Part shown: positions 60,939 through 64,000 of the stretch, in pieces | Layout of the letters: each line of letters begins with the position of its first letter | Numbering within the stretch: position 1 is the first letter of the stretch | Source: Lophium mytilinum | Taxonomy: Eukaryota | Length of the DNA stretch: 64,000 bases | Direction of reading: 5' to 3' | NCBI GenBank assembly: GCA_010093605.1 | Contig: MU004190.1 | Coordinates: 1,819,599-1,883,598 of the forward strand | Made by a program: the position numbers and the translations under genes | The notes under the pieces: model-generated | The model's input: the letters and a program-made list of their open reading frames with translations, nothing else | Database searches by the model: none | Told to the model about the DNA's origin: nothing

Positions 60939-61722
60939 AGAGAACATCGTTACCTCTCTTGGTATCCTGCATTTCTCCCCTCTTGTGGCTGGAGTATGAA
61001 GTCGATGGTGAGGGGACTGCGCTCGACAAGGTGTGCAGGTTTGCGATCGATTTCAACACCTCCTGCTCGCGCTGAAGCTCCTTTGAAAGGAGAAGCCTAT
61101 AAAAGCTATTCCTGTGCGACGAAATCTTGGTAACGAAATCTTGGTAAATCTGTGGCGATAGAGATAGACTAGAATCAAAAAGAGCTTTTCCTTAGGTCTC
61201 TGCAAATTAAGAAGGCAATAGGAGGTAATCAAGTCAATCAGTGTAGAGCCCGAGGGGTCATATCGATCAGGTCTTCTTGTCTCTGACTAGAACCATACAC
61301 ATCGTCCCCGATTGGGTCCTGAGGACTCGGAATTGCTGGGAATATATAGCTGTGTGGGCAAATGGCTAATGGTCGACCCAAGGTTCGTGAGGGCCCATTA
61401 TTTTTCAGGGAAGGATACCTGTACTGTGGACTCGGTAAGGTGGCGTTCGGGTTGGGTGAGACTATGTGGGCATAGTGGGAGGACTATCTCCCTGTGGAGT
61501 TTATTTGCTCAGGGGTCTTTCTGGGGCTTTGTCCGATCAATGTCGCTGAACAGGCCAGGCTATTTTAAAGGAAGGACAGATATACGAGTTCAATGTGATT
61601 GAATTCTTTAGCGTACTCGACCGTCACAGAACGTTGGACTGAGTCTCAAGAAACTAAATGGGACGCCTCTTTGTATAATATGGGAATATGCCTTCGTCCC
61701 TTAGACCTAGCAGGCAACTAGA

Positions 61723-62553
61723 TCACCACCTCACCCCTCCACCCATCCAAGCCCGCATAACCCAACACGCAACCACCAAATCCCTCCTCCTCTTATCCCC
61801 CGCCGCATCCAGAACCTTTATTCCCCCTTGCCCTCCCTTCTCCGCGCCCTGCTCCACAGCAACCTTTTGGCCTTCCCCACTCCACCAATCGCCCCTTATA
61901 ACCAAAAACAACACCCGCCTCTCCACCTCGTCTTCGGCCCGGTACCCATACTTCTGTATCCGGGCCTCATTCGCAGGGTCTAGCGCGTCAAACCGCTGCG
62001 ACCGCACCACATGCCAGAACTTCCACCACCGGCCTCGCACCCCCGCGCCGGAGGTGAGCTCGATCCGGCCATCTAGTGTCCCGGCGCGTAGACCGCGCAG
62101 CTCGGCGCGTGGCCCATGGCGGGAGATGTGGTAGAGTGTGGTGTCGTCGTCGTAGCGGAGCGCTTCAGGACGCGAGCTTTGCGACGCGGTGGAGAGACGG
62201 CGGCATTCCGTGGGTAAGAGATGTCTTATGGAGAGTGTCAGGGGCCGGCCGGATTTTGTGAGGGTTTGGGAGAGCTGGTAGCGCGGTAGAGAGGATGTCG
62301 AGCTGGTTGTTGAGGCGTGGATGAGGGGGGCGGCGAGAGTGAGATGGGAGAGCAAGGGGTCTAGGGCGTGGTAGGCGGGTGGGAGGCTCGCTTCGTTGCA
62401 TCTTGCGGGTTCTGATGGCGTCAATTGGGTTGGAGGAGCCTGGGACTCCGGTTTTGGGGTGGTGGTGGCATCGTCACCGAAGTATGGGGGCGGGAGATCG
62501 TTGTAGGGGTTCAGTCTGGTGTTGAAGGGTTGGATGGATGGGGGGAGCTGCAT
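61723..62553 (-). CDS. Hypothetical fungal protein with two N-terminal PPxY motifs
   Basis: 276-aa ATG-initiated ORF with coding-like composition. It carries LPPPYF and LPPAYH motifs and ends RDLVVACWVMRAW, resembling many fungal hypothetical proteins. Confidence 0.72.
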   Translation of the reverse strand: MQLPPSIQPFNTRLNPYNDLPPPYFGDDATTTPKPESQAPPTQLTPSEPARCNEASLPPAYHALDPLLSHLTLAAPLIHASTTSSTSSLPRYQLSQTLTKSGRPLTLSIRHLLPTECRRLSTASQSSRPEALRYDDDTTLYHISRHGPRAELRGLRAGTLDGRIELTSGAGVRGRWWKFWHVVRSQRFDALDPANEARIQKYGYRAEDEVERRVLFLVIRGDWWSGEGQKVAVEQGAEKGGQGGIKVLDAAGDKRRRDLVVACWVMRAWMGGGVRW

Positions 62554-64000
62554 CGTTGGCGGCTCATTGTTGTAGGTTGGTAGATAAGAATATATCTAGG
62601 AGAGACGAAAAGTGTGAGGTTTGTAGATGCGATAGAAGAGCATTTAGGTGTTGATTGGGAAACAAGGGCTTTCATGATATCATGAGATTCATGAGATGGA
62701 TGGAAAAGCGGGGTCGGAACGGGGATTTTCCATTCGCCGGGACGCCTCAGGCACTAACCTCCTCGACCCCTTCCCGACTTCTCGAAGTCTGTCACATTTT
62801 CTCCATCAGCATTTTGTATTTCGACGCAAGGTTTTTCCCTATCTTTGCGCCTACCAGCAAGCTCTGCTACTAGGGTCTGCGACCTTGAAATCAGGCTTAA
62901 AGTAATGCTAGCTAACACGCCACCTTCCCTTCCACCTGCTCTCATCGTAGGCTATCAATTGAGAGGTTTTCAGCAATGGGATGGCTCTAGCCCTCCTGAA
63001 TATCGACTTGCCCTGGATCACTACGAATGCTCGGAGTAAAATGAAATTATTTCAAGAACTCAACAGCCCTTGCGTGGTCGTATCCTACTTCTCTCTTGCA
63101 ATCCATCCCCTCCTTGTCTCATTGAGCACAATACCGCATCACTGCCCCGCGTTGTCTGCGCGTGGTTTTCTCTCACCTTTCCAAAAAGTCTTGCTCATCG
63201 GGGTTTCTTTTCCCTATCTTCGCTTTCCTGTCGGGCTTCCGGTGGAAGTGCTCGATGGTGACTCTAGCTGCGCCGAAACCTCTTTGAAAAAGCGGCTCGA
63301 GTCTCACTAAGCTTGTTTTCGACAATGGAGATGCCCGTTCTGTCCTCTGGGGGCATTTTAGAGATGTCGTACTAGTCCAAGCTCTAGAGATCAGAGCGAT
63401 TTTTCTGTATCTAGACATAAGGTTATTGATTATTCCTCCATCAGGACCGCCACACTCGATTCCGACGGGACCAAAACGTGCGCTAAGCCAGCATCCCAGG
63501 CAGCTCGTTCAAGACCAAGAAGAGTTATGCACTAAGCGCGGCCCGGCCCTACGGTATATAGGTAGCTGGGAGTGGCGCAGTCGAAAGTCAAAGCCAACGT
63601 CGGCAATGCGGCGTAAAAACTATCTGTTCCTCTGCTTCATTCGTAATCTCTAGACTCCTTCTACCGGAGAATGCGTACAAACCTTAGGCCTGAAAAGACC
63701 AAGACTGCTCATGCGCATCGCGTATACTGGACGAGGCCGCCTATGTTTCACCACGCTATCTGCAATTACAAAATGACACTTATAAAGCTAGTCACCTCGA
63801 CTATTAGAGTCGATGGCATTCCTCAGCAGCATTTCGCAGTTCCTCAGACGAATTCCGGAGGCCGAGGGTTCTCCAAATCCAAACTCGGTCTAGCTTCACC
63901 CGAAAACTAAAAAACCACATACGACGACATCACATCTCATTAGCAAAAGAAGACGCACTCGAAGATTACGTGGAAAATACGTGGACAATGGCTATAATTA

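Noticed and set aside
61119..61147. Short tandem duplication ACGAAATCTTGGTA x2 (also an 18-bp duplication at ~29013-29048)
   Set aside because: Isolated slippage-type micro-duplications with no associated element.
62600..64000. Short ORFs at the right end
   Set aside because: No motifs or consistent exon structure could be identified.

Overview
Eukaryotic DNA from a filamentous ascomycete (Pezizomycotina). This is inferred from short spliceosomal introns with CTRAY branch points, fungal-specific families (HET, PTH11-like, RTA1, DUF3431) and a RIP-mutated transposon. The window holds about 20 apparently intact genes, several decaying genes and one DNA transposon. Intact genes include an ABCA transporter (cut by the left edge), a glyoxalase-like/GFA divergent pair, an Ap4A phosphorylase with an N-terminal UBA-like domain, a long J-domain protein, three tandem F-box genes, two PTH11-like receptors, a GMC oxidoreductase, an RTA1 protein, a Mid2-like sensor, DUF3431 and GT31 proteins, a HET-domain protein, an acyl-CoA oxidase, an SDR and a FAD monooxygenase. 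The most unusual observations are: (1) a RIP-inactivated Tc1-type DD38E element whose ends read CAC...GTG and are flanked by a 5-bp CCGTG direct repeat instead of a simple TA; (2) a five-unit tandem array of ~140-170 bp units, each with a long inverted repeat, between two convergent genes; (3) an Ap4A phosphorylase with a UBA-like domain next to a J-domain protein with tandem SIM-like motifs and an F-box trio; (4) a UDP-glucuronate decarboxylase gene with GC donors and a homopolymer frameshift. All exon structures were derived by eye and no database searches were run.
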